Assembly: GCA_964270895.1 (NCBI GenBank)
Contig: OZ185439.1
Direction: 5' to 3' (one strand)
DNA from: Podarcis filfolensis
Lineage: Eukaryota
DNA length: 64,000 nucleotides
Of the stretch, positions 36,101 to 49,140 are shown piece by piece. The notes below the pieces were generated by a model, which saw only the letters and a list, made by a program, of their open reading frames with translations, searched no databases and was not told the DNA's origin. Position numbers and translations under genes: made by a program. The first letter of the stretch is position 1, and every line of letters starts with the position of its first letter.

Positions 36101-36435
36101 GTCGAAATATATAAAAAAATAAAAAAATTGTCCAGTAGCACCTTAGAGACCAACTAAGTTTGTTTTTGGTATATAAGCTTTCGTGTGCATGCAGATACAC
36201 TGAAACAGAAGTCACCAGACCCTTATATATAGTGGGAGGGTGGGGTAGGGCTTTTCTCAGGAGGGTAGTAGGAGATGGGTGATTGACTATGTTGGGTACC
36301 CATTGAGTCAATCACACAATGCACACAAAAGCTCATACCAATCACAAACTTAGTTGGTCTCCAAGGTGCTACTGGAAAGAATTTTTTTTATTTTGTTTTG
36401 ACTACGGCAGACCAACACGGCTTCCTACCTGTAAC
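36101..36435. mobile_element. Penelope-like element remnant with inverted terminal repeat arms
   Basis: tccagtagcaccttagagaccaactaagtttg on + is mirrored by caaacttagttggtctccaaggtgctactgga; ends accaacacggcttcctacctgtaac. Confidence 0.8.
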
Positions 36436-37659
36436 AGGCTCTTCCAGTCTTGGCTCCCAACAAGACTTGGATTCCCCTGACCTGCCTTTCTTCTTGCTCC
36501 ACCAACACTATTTTTCTAAATCAAAGGTTCACCACCCTGTTGGTAAAACTATGACTGATCAGGTAAGCTGTAGTTATGTGCATATAACTATATCAATATA
36601 AATTAGCATTCTGGGTGGATGTGTCTATTTGGGGGGGAAGTGTAGAATGATCATTCTTCAGTGGCCAACTTTTTCAACTGGCTTTGATCCCCTTTCTTCT
36701 AGAGCAGTCAGGCATATAGATCTCATGAAACTTTCTCCATCATTTTACTGCTGTGCCAGAAAATGTTTCACCCGTTAAATATCTGATGTATAGGCAGAGG
36801 AAGAGGAACAGTTTGAAAAAGGGGCCATTGCAGATTTATCTACATGGCAGCGAAACTGGGTTTGTTTGCCACTGATTATCAACTTATCAGTATGCGGAAT
36901 AATGAATTTTCTTTCCACGCTACCCATTTCCTATACCATTAGCCGGAAGCAGCGAGGGGAAACAAACACCTTCAGATGTGGAACAAGAATAGCACAAATC
37001 TTGCTGAGCCCTAGACTTTGTCCGCTAGGTATGTAAGCACGGAATACCACACCTCTGCAGTTACTCTGTAAAAACTTATGCAAACATTTTAAGAAGCATT
37101 AAGTGAAGGCTTGGATCTCAGGAAATACCCGGCTGGCATTGCTTATAAGAATATAAGCCTGCAGCAAGCTGGTAACCATTATCTTGCTTGAGCTAGCTTT
37201 AACAGCTGAAAAAAGGAGAAGAAATTGCAACAACATCTCAGAGCTGCAATTGATCCAGAAGGACTTTCAAAACACATTCAAACTATTTAATTCTTTGGAC
37301 TGAGATTCTACCAGACTTCTGGTGGTGACTCACTGTCTCTTGCCCTTTACCAGACCCATAGAGGTATAAGCGAGGAATCTGAGCTGTGTGTTTCAGATGT
37401 ACTTAAGATATTGTTTTGCTTGCCTGAGGAGAAGCACTTGCCTCTCTATCCCAGAAACTGTCTCATGTCTCAAAGCAGCCAATCACAACAGCCCTGCAGG
37501 AATGATGGCAGGGCTGCTACAGGAGTGAAACTCTGCAGCTGAGCTCCAGGCCAAGCCAGGTTCTGACAGGGCATCTTTCCAAGGCATTTAGGACATGAAA
37601 CCACAAAATGGCTCTTGACACCTAACTTGTGCCAGAGAAGACCAAACAATGGAAGAAGA

Positions 37660-37860
37660 GCAACAACTGGTTAAAATCTTAGCCGTTTGGAGAAAACAGA
37701 TATCATCACAGACACTTCTTAAAGAGTGGGAGAGACTGAATCATGCAAATTTCTAGAGGCAATGAGTTCCAAAGATAAGGTGCTGCCAAAGGAAAGGGAT
37801 AGTGGTGTGAGGCAACTGATGTGATCTTTGGTCTAACTAACAGATTGGTATCAGAAGAAC
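37660..37860 (-). mobile_element. Ancient L2 3' fragment
   Basis: ggcaatgagttccaaagataaggtgctgcc resembles the L2 3' region in antisense. Confidence 0.4.
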
Positions 37861-38346
37861 ACAGAGCTCTGGGAGGAGTAATTTAAAAAGAGAAATAAAG
37901 TCCATGGATTTAGAAGTAATAAGCAAAATTTTTAAAATCAACATGAAGAGGAAAAGGAACTCTGTACAAAGAGAAAAAGCAAAAACATGACCATGTCTGT
38001 GGACAAAAAAAGAGAGATGTTCTCACCACCTCAGCTTCAAAGTTAGATTGCAAACTTCTCAAGGCAAGGACTTCTTCCTTTGCTTACTTGACAAAATGAT
38101 ATGTACAGTAATGGCACACTAATGAAGCAACCATAACGAGGGACTAAAATCTATTAAACAGAATAAAAGAGGTAAAGCAGAGATGAGGGTTGAGGGAAGG
38201 CTGACCAGTGTTGCCTAAACTTTACAAGACCACAACCCGATTCTAAATTTACCAGATCTCTTGCATCCCCACCCACACAATAGAAATACACACCATGTCA
38301 CTGTTGCCAATCAACTATGAACTTTTGGAGCTGCCTTATACTAATC

Positions 38347-38718
38347 GTGGGTGGCGCTGTGGTCTAAACTACTGAGCCTCTTTGGCTTGCCGATCGGAAG
38401 GTCAGCAGTTCGAATCCCCACGATGGCGGTAAGCTCCCGTTGCTCTGTTCCAGCTCCTGCCAACCTAGCAGCTTGAAAGCATGCCAAAAAGTGCAAGTAG
38501 ATAGATAAATAGGTACCGCTCTGGCGGGAAGGTAAACGGTGTTTTTGTGTGCTGCTCTGGTTTCACCAGAAGCGACTTAGTCATGCTGGCCACATGACCC
38601 GGAAAAACTGTCTGTGGACAAACGTCGGCTCCCTTGGCCAGTAAAGCGAGATGAGCACCACAACCCCAGAGTCATTTGTGACTGGACTTAACTGTCAGGG
38701 GTCCTTTACCTTTACCTT
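38347..38718 (+). mobile_element. Sauria SINE, full length
   Basis: 11-bp TSD ttatactaatc at 38336-38346 and 38719-38729. Confidence 0.95.
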
Positions 38719-41207
38719 TTATACTAATCCAGTTTCCGTGCATTTGGTGAATAAGTGAATAACATCCATGCATTCATCTGGAAGGACACCAATGATGTAC
38801 ATACGTTGGCACTGTTCATTCTATGGATGTGTAGAGTGGGATGTGGAACCCGTGCCTCTCCAGGTATGGTTGGTCTAACTCCCATTAGCCCCAAACATCA
38901 TGCCCAAGGGTCAGGGATGGCAGAAATGGCAGTCTTGCAACCATGGATAGTCTGTATCCCTGGGCAGTGATTGGGAGCAGGAACAGCTACTTGTTCTCTT
39001 GCATTCCGCCACATGTCCTGCATTCATTGAGCATGTGGAAAGGTTTACTGGAGAAGCCCATTCTCCTGACTCATCTGGTGTGGAATTATACACCCTGACT
39101 GGCAATGGCTTTCTAAGCTGTAATTCTAAGGCACTCAAGATCTTTTGCTTGAATTAAGTTGAAGGAGGATTGCAGAAACGGCTTCTGCACAAACTGAAGC
39201 ACAAACTGAACGGTGTGGAAAGCACAGTTGATGTCACACAACGGCAACTGAAAAACTGGTGGGAGTGGTTATTTAAGGTTGGTGGGCGTGGTTTTTTTGG
39301 TTGGGAGCTACCCAGAGCATTTAAACACTTTTGCAAAGAAAATTCTCCCAGCTACAATGCATTTTTATATGTTATTTTCATGAACAAAAGCATTTTAAGG
39401 CACACTTTTAAGGCACACACTGCAAAATTCAGAGGAGTGTGAGTTTGAAAGGACGGCTGTGTTTAAATTTGTGTATTGTTCCAGGAAATGCAGATAGGTA
39501 GGTTGGCCTCCACAGACAAACTGCACTGAGTTTTTCCATCATCACTACCCAGCTCTGCTCTAAAGTCTCAGGGCCAAACTACATCCTATGTTCACAGTTT
39601 TTATATCCTAGAACTGGGCATTTATTTCTTGGCAAAAAGCAGCTGGAAAGGTTGGGGTCGGGGAGAAGTATTCAGATCAGGACCTGGCACTTCTCCTCAG
39701 TGTCTTGGGCTGGGGAAGCTGTACTTGAAGAGTTTTAAGGTCTCTGTGGCCTCTTTTGATGTGGAGAGGAACTGCTAGACCCATCTTTTATATGTATAGA
39801 TTCATTTGTTAGGTTTTTAATTGATTGGGTTTGCTGCAATTGGTTTTAGTATTTCTACAGCATTCGCAAGCCACTTGGACTCATTTTCAGCAGAGTGAGT
39901 TATCGTTATCGTCCCAATAACAGTGGTGTGTGTGTGTGTAGGGGTGGTGGTATCACATTGGTTGCTGGATCATACAGTTTGGCCCCCAGACAGAGGGGAG
40001 AGCAAGGCTGTACTTGGGACCTGCTGTGTGATTCTGCCACTGAACGATGCATCAAGTCACGAAAACTTAGCGAAAGATATTCACATGAAACATTTACAGA
40101 ACTCACGATTGGAAAAACTTTGGCAAACCTATTCCCTTTGAGTTATTCAGTACCAAATCTGTATACTTCTGCACACCCCTGTTTATGCAATAAGGCACGC
40201 CAAGATGACATGAAGGTATCTTTTCTACCAGGCTTGCCACAGGCACTTTGCAAATATAGCTGAATTTCAAAATATGATTTCTTTTTTCTTGCTGTTGTTA
40301 CTGCTAGATGTTGTTGGAGCAGGTTTTGTGTGTTAAACCCTCTTTGTTTCTTTTTATGCTATTGGTGTTCGGCAATTTTTGAGGGGTATAGCATCTGTGA
40401 GCAGATCAGCAACGCTTGGTTGCTTTTTCAGTCCAAAGCAGCAGGGGAGGGGAGCCCCTGAGAATGCATTAAACACTTCCCCCTGGAGTGGTGGCATCAG
40501 AAAAAACAGCACTCGAGGGAGGGGGGCAGCACAGAACAGGAAAAGCAATTTTCGATGCAAAGGGCAAGTTTTATCCTGCATGTTAGGAAATAAATGAATT
40601 CTCCCCTGAGTTGGGATGAGCTGCTTGTCTAGGTGGAAGCATTCGTCTCCCTTATTACATCTCTGGTGATTCCCATGCCAAGCAGTATAACACCCTTTGT
40701 GTTGAAGGGCTGATTAAACAAGTTAATTAAATAAAATTGCTAGGGTCTGCCACGCCTGCTCGCCAACCCCGCTTCTCCCTTCACCCCCCCACTAGACCAA
40801 CCCCCCTTTTTACATCTGACCCACCTTCTCTCCCATCCCCCACAACCCACCCCAAGCCCCACCCCCTTCACAGTGCCTCCCCCCTCCATTAAACAGCTCA
40901 GCTGGGCAGTCTGGCCATTCCTCATGCTGCAGTTTCATTTCCCTATGGAAATCCATTAGTTTCAATGGGCTTACTCTGAGTAAAATTTAGTTGAATACCA
41001 TCCTTATGTTTAGTGTTCCTATAGCGATTGCACATAGTTTCTTCAGCCACGGGTCCAGAGGTGAATTGCATTAGTTGAAAAACCTAAGATTTGAAATCAG
41101 GTTTGTCTTGAGAAATCATTGCCCTGATGTTTCCTGTTTCCAAAGTAGAGAATGGTTTCTAGATAGGCAGCAGACCAAATCAGATCCCCATTGCCAAATC
41201 TCAACAG

Positions 41208-41414
41208 CAGTGCCGGATTTACATATAAGCTAAACAAGCTGTAGCTTGGGGCCCCACTCTCTTGAGGGCCTCCAAAAAATTTAAAGGAAAAAATATGGAT
41301 GTACATTTCCAAAATATAAGATAAAAAACAATTAAAATGGCTTTAGATACCTATTAGGTCCATAAATTACCATATAGCATATATTCAACACAAAAAACAG
41401 CAACAATTTGTTGT
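41208..41414. mobile_element. Non-autonomous DNA element, partial
   Basis: Begins cagtgccggatttacatataagctaaacaagct; recalled as a lizard interspersed repeat; right end missing. Confidence 0.55.
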
Positions 41415-41863
41415 TGACAAAGGACAGCTGGACATTATTTTCCAGTAGCTCTGATGTGGTGGAGCACATGAGAGGTATTGAATTATAAATTTGCCGTCTT
41501 GGAAGGGTGGTGGCTGAGTCTTCCTTCTCAGGCTCTGTTGAAGTAAAGACATGTAAAAGAGTCTTCTGAAGGGGACAACAGTTCCAGGCAAAATGGAGGC
41601 TCTGAGGAGACAGAGACCTCTGCTTCTAGGTTTATTTGGAATTACGGTATCTTTTATTTCTAAGATGCTGAGCCTGTGCTGGACAGCACAATATCTTGTA
41701 TGGAATCTGTGATCTTTTTGTTCTGTTTTGAAGGAAGTTCTGCAAGTAAAGCTTTGGACCATCTAACTGGTCTGGACAATGCTTCATTCTGAAAAGAGTC
41801 AGTTTTTATGCATCCAGTCACTTCAAACTTCACAATATTAGTATCTGCAACAACAGCATGGAA

Positions 41864-42178
41864 TCATAGAACCATAGAACTGTAGAAGGGATCCTGAGGG
41901 TCATCTAGCCCAATCCCATGCTAAAGCAGCCATGACAGACGGCCATCCAACCCCTGCTTAAAAACCTCCAAGGAAGGAGAGTCCACCACCTCCCAAGGGA
42001 AGTCTATTCCACCATCAACCAGCTCTCACCATCAGAAAGTTCTTCCTGAAGTTCAGTTGGAATCTCCTTTCTTGTAACTTGGATCCATTGGTTCTGGGCC
42101 TGCCCTCTGGTGCAGGAGAAAACAAGCTTGCTCCATCTTCCATGTGAAAGCCCTTGAGATATTTGAAGGTGGCTGTCA
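41864..42178 (-). mobile_element. CR1 LINE 3' end
   Basis: Homologous to 10027-10411 (aaaacctccaaggaaggagagtccaccacc...agaaagttcttcctga). Confidence 0.9.
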
Positions 42179-42430
42179 TGATGACTTCATGTCACATGTT
42201 ATATTACTTGAGACATTAATAGGAGATCTGGGAAAGTTGCAGAGCAACAGAGGCTCCATGTATCTTGCAACATCAAATTCTGCCTTCACTAGGACTTTAT
42301 ACTACATTTAAATGTGCAAAACAGTCTGTATCTTATTTATCATTGCAATAAAATGTTTTGAAATAGTTCAGTGTGCACTCCATTTTGCAGGTGGGAAATT
42401 GAGGTCAAGAAGCAATGCACTTTTTCAAAG

Positions 42431-42643
42431 TACAGTGGTACCTCGGGTTAAGTACTTAATTCGTTCCGAAGGTCTGTACGTAACCTGAAGCACCACTTTA
42501 GCTAATGGGGCCTCCTGCTGCTGCCGTGCCACCGCTGCACGATTTCTGTTCTCATCCTGAAGCAAAGTTCTTAACCTGAGGTAATATTTCTGGGTTAGCG
42601 GAGTCTGTAACCTGAAGCATATGTAACCCGAGGTACCACTGTA
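42431..42643. mobile_element. Tigger-like MITE (copy 1 of 3)
   Basis: TIR cagtggtacctcgggtta / taacccgaggtaccactg with TA duplication. Confidence 0.93.
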
Positions 42644-43337
42644 CAATAGAAAGTTGGGATTGAGAACAGGTCTTCTAGGACAAAGATTGGCTAATATTCC
42701 ACACTGGCTTTCCAATGATATTTTGAATATACTTTTGGGGCTAGAGACCCCAGAGGGCCCTCAGTTTGATTCTCATGAGAGACAATGACTCATTTACTGC
42801 TAAATATATTTTTAGAGTGCTTCCTTATGAGAACAGACATACATTTCCAGTACAGTTCAATAAAATCCACTTAACATTTCCTAAGAAAGATAACTCTTTC
42901 TCTCTTACTTAACTTTCATCACTTCCTGCCTGGCTGAGTGTGAATCAGAAGGAATGCATGGGAAATTTATTGCCACATGAATCTCAGCTGGTAAGCATAT
43001 TTGCTCCTTAAATTATGGGAGCCACTGACAATGCTTGTGAAACAATTGATGAGAAGGAAGCCAGGGAAGTTGTTACCTTCTCTAGTAACAAGAGCTAGAT
43101 AACTCACAGCCCCAATTCGCTCTTAGCAAGTGAATTTGTGTAATAAAATTCACTATCAGCCTAAGAAAGAGCATGTCATTAAATATTATACAGCATACTT
43201 GAGCATGTTTTACTAGTAACTGGCAATTTTCGGTATTTTCCATTTTATCATTTATAAATCTGAGCCTATAAAGGGATGGTATCCGAGTAAGACCCACTCA
43301 GAGCAGACTGATTGAAATTAATGCACTTAGGTTAATC

Positions 43338-43752
43338 ATAAGAATATAGGAAGAGCCTGCTGGATCAGGCCAATGGTCCATCTAGTCCAACAGCCTGTTC
43401 TCACAGTGGCCAGTCAGATGCCTGTTAGAAACTCACAAGCAGGATCTGTGCTCCTGCGATCTCCAGTAACTGGTATTCAGAAGCATTGCTGTCTCTGACC
43501 GTGGAAGCAAAGCAGCGCCATTGTGGCTAGGAGCCATTGAGAGCCCTCTCCTCCATGAACTTGTCTACTCCTCTTTCAAAACCATCCAAGCTGGCGACCA
43601 TCACTGCCTCCTGTGGGTGTGAGTGCCATAGTTTAATTATGCACTGCATGGAAAAGTAATTTGTTTTATCTGTCCTGAATCTTCCAGCATTCAGCTTTGT
43701 TGCATGTACGTGAGTGCTAGTGTTATGAGAGAGGAAGAGAAACCTTTCTCCA
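43338..43752 (-). mobile_element. Older CR1 subfamily 3' end
   Basis: cataagaatataggaagagcctgctggatcaggccaatggtccatctagtcc tail type, then antisense ORF2 remnants. Confidence 0.8.
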
Positions 43753-44872
43753 TGTCATGCGAGGCAATCTGTTTTGAGCCTGCCATGTGTTGGAGCCAGA
43801 AGGGTTGCAAACTTTGTACTGGGCTGTCAACCTGGATCAGGCCTCTGTCATCCTCTACCTGACCTGCCTTCTGCCATGCTTAAGAGAGGACTTAAGAAGT
43901 GAGTAACGCTCGTTTGACCCAAAGCTGATGATGATCTCAGTGGATGGGCAGAGTGATGGGGAAGAAGGCAGTCTAGCAGATATTTGGGGTTTCTTGTGGC
44001 AATTTTCAAATATAAATAGTAATACTATAGACATCTGTATGCATATAAAACACTGGAGTTGGTAAGATCAGACATGCCGGGACTGGTTGAATCATCTGAG
44101 ATCTTTGCTGAAATAATTTAGAAACACACCAGGGTAAAATTCCATTATAATGTTGTGTGTGGGATGTTACTCGCTTATTTCTATCCATTACTGAATTGAA
44201 CTTTCCTCAGCGCTGCATAGAAACATCCCCTCCTAATAAGCTACATTCATTCACTGAACTATTATAAGAAAACATGAACAAATACAGTTATTGAATCCAG
44301 CTATCAATGATCTGTTTAGCATAATATGTAAAAAGGAACACATACACTCGTTCATAGTGGAAGGGAAAACAGAACTGATATCACTTTGGTATAAAGATAG
44401 CAGATTATTAAACAGCTACATGACGGGCATGGCTGAATAAATGTCCCCATCTTCATTCAATACCTTGCAGAATCTCCAAGAAAGTGATTTAAAGGGGCAG
44501 TAAGAGCTGAGCTGGCAAATACAGCCACTAATTGTGGGCAAGGAGGACAAGATGAAGTGATTACTCCTAAAGCAGTAGGAGCATCATAGCTTTATTCCAG
44601 AGGCAGACAAAAACATTTTCTTGAAACCTCCCTCTGTGGTGCTATAAACTGTTATGATGCCCAGGTCCAGGCCTGGCTGCCGGGCTCAAGCCCATGTGCT
44701 TTATTGCCATATAAATAAAAGCTTGAGGGAAAGAGAGGCAGCAGGGGGTAGTGGTTAAAATGCTGGGCTCAGATCCGGTAGACCAGGGTTCAAATTGCCA
44801 CTTGGTCATGAAGCTCACTGGGTGACCTTGGGCCAGTAACAGCCTCTTAGGCCAACCTACCTCACAGGGTTG

Positions 44873-46115
44873 ACAGATAAAACTTTATTCGCATTAGCCA
44901 ATGGCCACAGCAACAATAAAACATTACAGTATACGCTGAAAAGGAAATTTGATATAAGAGCACAATTTAAAGTCCTGAATCAGCCGTCAGTTAGTGGCCC
45001 TTATTCTGACTGCCCCTGCTATGACCCTAGCCACCTTTGCTGTTATCTGCTCATTTTGATCTGATAGAAGAAAGGACATTGTGGCAGTGGTTGAGCGCCC
45101 TGGGATGGTTAGTACGAGTGGGGTGAATATCTTGTTCTTCAGGTCTTTGTAGAGAGTGCAAGACAGGAGGACGTGTGCCACTGTTTTGGTGCTACCATCA
45201 CCACAGGGGCAAAGACATTTCTCAGGCAGGATCTTTTGGAAGAATTTCCTTATAGTGGCCAGGTTGTTCTGATGCTCGATATCTTTTAGACGTTGACCTA
45301 TTAGACTGTTTGCTTTAGTAGGACCCATAGTGAGTAGGTGTTGTGGGGATAGGTCACAAGAGTGGAGTTTTTGATAGACAGTTTTAAGCCAGGCACTTTT
45401 ATGGGAGTCTTGAAGTACTAGGGATAGTAAACTGGGTGGGGTGGGGTGTGAGTTTAGACGGAGCCAGAAGTTAAGAGTTCCTTGCCGAGTCCGTACTTCT
45501 ACTGAAGGGAGACTGGCCTCCAGTCGCAATGATGCATTTGGGATTCATGGCGCTATGAAAAAGTTCTGCCTTGGAAACTTTGACTGAACAGCTTCCAAAG
45601 TGCTAAGGTGGTTACTAGTCCAAATCTGAGCCTCGTATAGTAGCTGTGCTAGGGGTTTAGCTTGGAAGACTTCTAGGGCTGATGGTATATGTTTGCCACC
45701 CTTTGTATGGAAAAAGTGAGTCAAAGTCTTAGCACTTTGGGATGCTTTTTCTTTTGCACATATATGGTGTGCTCCCCATGACCCCATGGACTGGAAGATA
45801 AGACCCAAATATTTGAAAGCTTTGACCTGTTCGATTGGTTGATTGTCCATATGCCAACTGTGGGGCCTATATTTTCTTGAGAAAACCATAACTTTGTTTT
45901 TCTGATAGTTTACAACCAGATATTCTCTCTGGCAACACACTGAGAATTCTCTTATCAGTCTTTTTAGGCCTATTTTTGTTTGGGATAAGAGGACCACATA
46001 CCGTAATCAGCATATAATAGTACAGAGATTCGTTTTGAGGCCAGTTTAGGGGCATAGGACACTGGAGATGTTAGACACTGGACCATGTCGTTTATGTATA
46101 GGTTAAAGAGTGCCA
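44873..46115 (-). mobile_element. Non-LTR retrotransposon 3' part (RTE-X or L2-group; clade uncertain)
   Basis: ORFs 45545-45997 (VNYQKNKVMVF...IEQVKAFKYLGLIF, RT C-terminal part) and 44987-45529 (CPCGDGSTKTVAHVLLSC, a CCHC-type knuckle); 3' end with aataaag. Confidence 0.85.
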
Positions 46116-47305
46116 GAGAAGAAGAGGAGGAGGAGGAGGAGGAGGAGGAGGAGGAGGAGGAGGAGGAGGAGTTTGGGTTTGATATCCCGCTTTATCACTC
46201 CCCTTCAGGAGTCTCAAAGCGGCTAACATTCTCCTTTCCCTTCCTCCCCCACAACAAACGCTCTGTGAGGTGAGTGAGGCCGAGAGACTTCAGAGAAGTG
46301 TGACTGGCCCAAGGTCACCCATCAGCTGCATGTGGAGGAGTGGGGAAGTGAACCCGGTTCACCAGATTACGAGACTACCGCTCTTTTTTTTTATTATTTC
46401 TTTTTATTGAATTTCACTTAAATAACCAAAAGAAAAAACAAAAAGCAAATCAACAATTTCAAAAGAAGTATCCATACATAACACAAAAGTAACATCAGTT
46501 TCCATTACAGTTCTTTGTCTTCTTCCTTAAATCTTTATATCTTTAAATCTTTAAATCTTTCCTCTACACACCTATTGACCTCCTTCTCTCCCGATTTCGG
46601 GCTTCTTAATAAAACTTCTTTCTTTTTTCTGCAGCTATTAATTGTTAATGGTTTGCGCATCATAAGATTTATATCAAACCTGCTGTAGTTTTTAAGTTTC
46701 TATAGTTTCCTTCAATGTATACCATAAATTTATTCCAGTCACTAATAAACTTTGTATTTTTTTGGTTTCTAATTTTTTGCGTCATTTTTGCTAGTTCAAC
46801 ATATTCAAATAATTTTGTTTGCCAATCTCTAATAGTTGGGGTGTTTGGGCTTTTCCAATTTTGTGCTATTAATATTCTAGCTGCTACTGTTGCATATTGG
46901 AATAGTGTCTTATCTTCTTTTTTAATTTCATCCCCAATTATTCCTAATAAGAAGGCTTCTGGTCTTTTAGGGAAGGTGTATTTAAATTTTTTTTAACTCA
47001 TTATAAATAAGTTCCCAGAACTTCTTCATTTCTTCACAGGTCCACCACATATGGTAGAAATTGCCTTCTTTGATTTTACACTTCCAGCAAGCCTTATTTC
47101 CTGTTTTGTACATATTCCCTAGTTTTGCCGGTGTGATGTACCACCTATACATCATTTTTTCCAAATTTTCTCTGAGCGTGACGCATGCTGTGAATTTCAT
47201 TCCACTGCTCCATAATTTCAACCACTTATCATATTCTATATTGTATCCCAAGTCCATTGCCCATTTTGACGAGACTACCGCCCTTACCACTACACCACAC
47301 TGGCT
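46116..47305 (-). mobile_element. Squam3-like SINE split by L1 (46116-46381 and 47269-47305) with long (CTC/CTT)n tail
   Basis: Near identical to 8093-8332 once the L1 is removed. Confidence 0.88.
46382..47268 (-). mobile_element. L1-clade LINE, 5'-truncated, polyA-tailed
   Basis: LRENLEKMMYRWYITPAKL...CWKCKIKEGNFYHMWWTC (ORF2 cysteine-rich C-terminus), frameshift, then PEAFLLGII; T-run at 46384; 13-bp TSD acgagactaccgc at 46369-46381 and 47269-47281. Confidence 0.93.
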
Positions 47306-47589
47306 AAAATGCACCCTGTAAGTTGGCAACCTCACGGGGTTGTTGTGAGGATAAAATGGGAAGGGGGAGAACTATGTATACCAGCCTGAACATCCTTAGA
47401 GGAAGGGAAGTGGGATACAGAGGTAGTGCATAACTATTGAGTATCCTTTCTTCCTCCCTTATAGCATGGGGGAGGTTTTTCACTCCACGCACCCAATTCT
47501 AATCCCCAACCAAAATCCTATAAATTGATATGGCTGAAAGCAGGCCTTTCTCCTCTTGTTTACTCCTCCTATTCTCTCCCTCTTTCATC

Positions 47590-47770
47590 TCATTCAGGGC
47601 TTAAAAGTCATTGATAATACCTTGAATTTGGACTGGAAACTTATTGATGGCCAGCGCAATACCTTGAGAATTGGTGTGATATTGCTCCAGTGAGCCAAAA
47701 GTGAAAATATGGACAGAAAAGTTGTTGAGCTTTCCTTTGAGCTATTTTTAAGGGAAATTGCCAAAAACGA
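47590..47770 (-). mobile_element. Ancient L2 fragment
   Basis: gggcttaaaagtcattgataataccttgaatttggac resembles antisense L2 ORF2. Confidence 0.5.
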
Positions 47771-48740
47771 CACTGCTGACATAGGGTGCCATACATCCAG
47801 ACTTTCTCAGACATTTCAGCCCAGACACTGTTTCCGATGGCCAATTGCTGGCTATATCCCAGACGTATGGCAACTTGACGCTGGTGAAAGTTTCCGGATG
47901 ATGGTAAATACTTATAGTTTTCTGGTCCGATTGGTTATGCTTCCACCATGGAAAAACAAAACAAAACCAAATGTACCAATAGATGCTATTTTAAAGTAGA
48001 ATATGGCAATTTCATTTTAAATAGGCTTTCTATAGTCAAACAAATGGAATTCATAAAGTATTGCTGCAGAAAAAATGAATATTAGTGAGCATGTGCACAA
48101 TGTTTAGATGGTTATGCGTCAAGGGGGGAGCACACTAATCTCTATCCTTGAATGTCATTAAAATTTTGCTGAATGCAGTAGTAAATTAAATATCAGTATA
48201 TGGGTCAAGAAATAAGGACATCTGGAACTCTGTTCTGGAACTCTGATAACAAATTCTGAAGTTGCTTATTCATGTCATAAAGATGGATGACTACTTTTGT
48301 CACTGGACAAATTGAAACACCTCCCAGGGAGAATAATACCCAAGAGTACATTTCTGAACTAATGGTCTATTGGCAGGCATTTCTGAATATCCAGAACACT
48401 TAGATATTTCTGTTATAATGTGAATATCATGGCATACTTCATTCATTTGAGTGGATTTAATCACTTTATGTGACTAAAGTGAACTTTGAACGTAACAAAA
48501 GACTTGGATATTTTGTGGCTCAAACATTAAGCTACCAGTTCATCAGATGTGAGAAGCGGACATAGAATGTGTTAGAAACACACATAGACATGGTGGAGAA
48601 GACCTAAGTTAATAAAACAAGAATCAAAATTACAGGAACCCAGCACAAGGGGACTTGCCAGATAACCCTCTCTAGTAGATATTGCCAAACACAGCTGTGC
48701 ATTCACATACACAGCTTCAATATGTATGAAAGGTCTTTAT

Positions 48741-48875
48741 CAGGCTTCCTCAACCTCAGCCCTCCAGATGTTTGAAACTACAATTCCCATCATCCCTGAC
48801 CACTGGTCCTGCTAGCTAGGGAAAATGGGAGTTGTAGGCCAAAAACATCTGGAGGGCCGAGGTTGAAGAAGCCTG
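48741..48875. mobile_element. Hairpin MITE (hAT-like)
   Basis: TIR caggcttcctcaacctc / gaggttgaagaagcctg plus internal ccctccagatgttt / aaacatctggaggg inverted repeat. Confidence 0.85.
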
Positions 48876-49140
48876 GCCTACATGAATGTTTGCAAAGGAG
48901 TCAGCCTCTTCCAGAGCTACTATCAGTGGTAGGCTGTGGGTTTTGAAATTTCAATGGCACCCTGTGTAATGCCAAAATTCGGTGCCCCCCTCCTTTTGCC
49001 TTCCATTGTTTGTCATTGTTGTGGTGCTCCCCTAATTCCACGTCTGCTACTATGCCCTTACAGCATTTAATTTATACCAGGGCTCAGTGTCAGGACCCAG
49101 CCTGAATCCAAAATAAGAAACAATGAACATATACCTGAGT

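Larger units (their letters stand above)
44739..47425 (+). mobile_element. Old CORE-type SINE split into 44739-44872 and 47329-47425 by nested insertions
   Basis: The halves join at acctcac(a/g)gggttg; the uninterrupted relative at 63537-63752 reads through this junction. Confidence 0.75.

Noticed and set aside
39154-39442. Protein-looking ORFs on both strands (LQKRLLHKLKHKLNG...)
   Set aside because: Weak splice sites and no recognisable homolog; not distinguishable from chance.
46085-46273. ORF with a poly-glutamate run
   Set aside because: It is the (GAG)n microsatellite tail of an antisense SINE.
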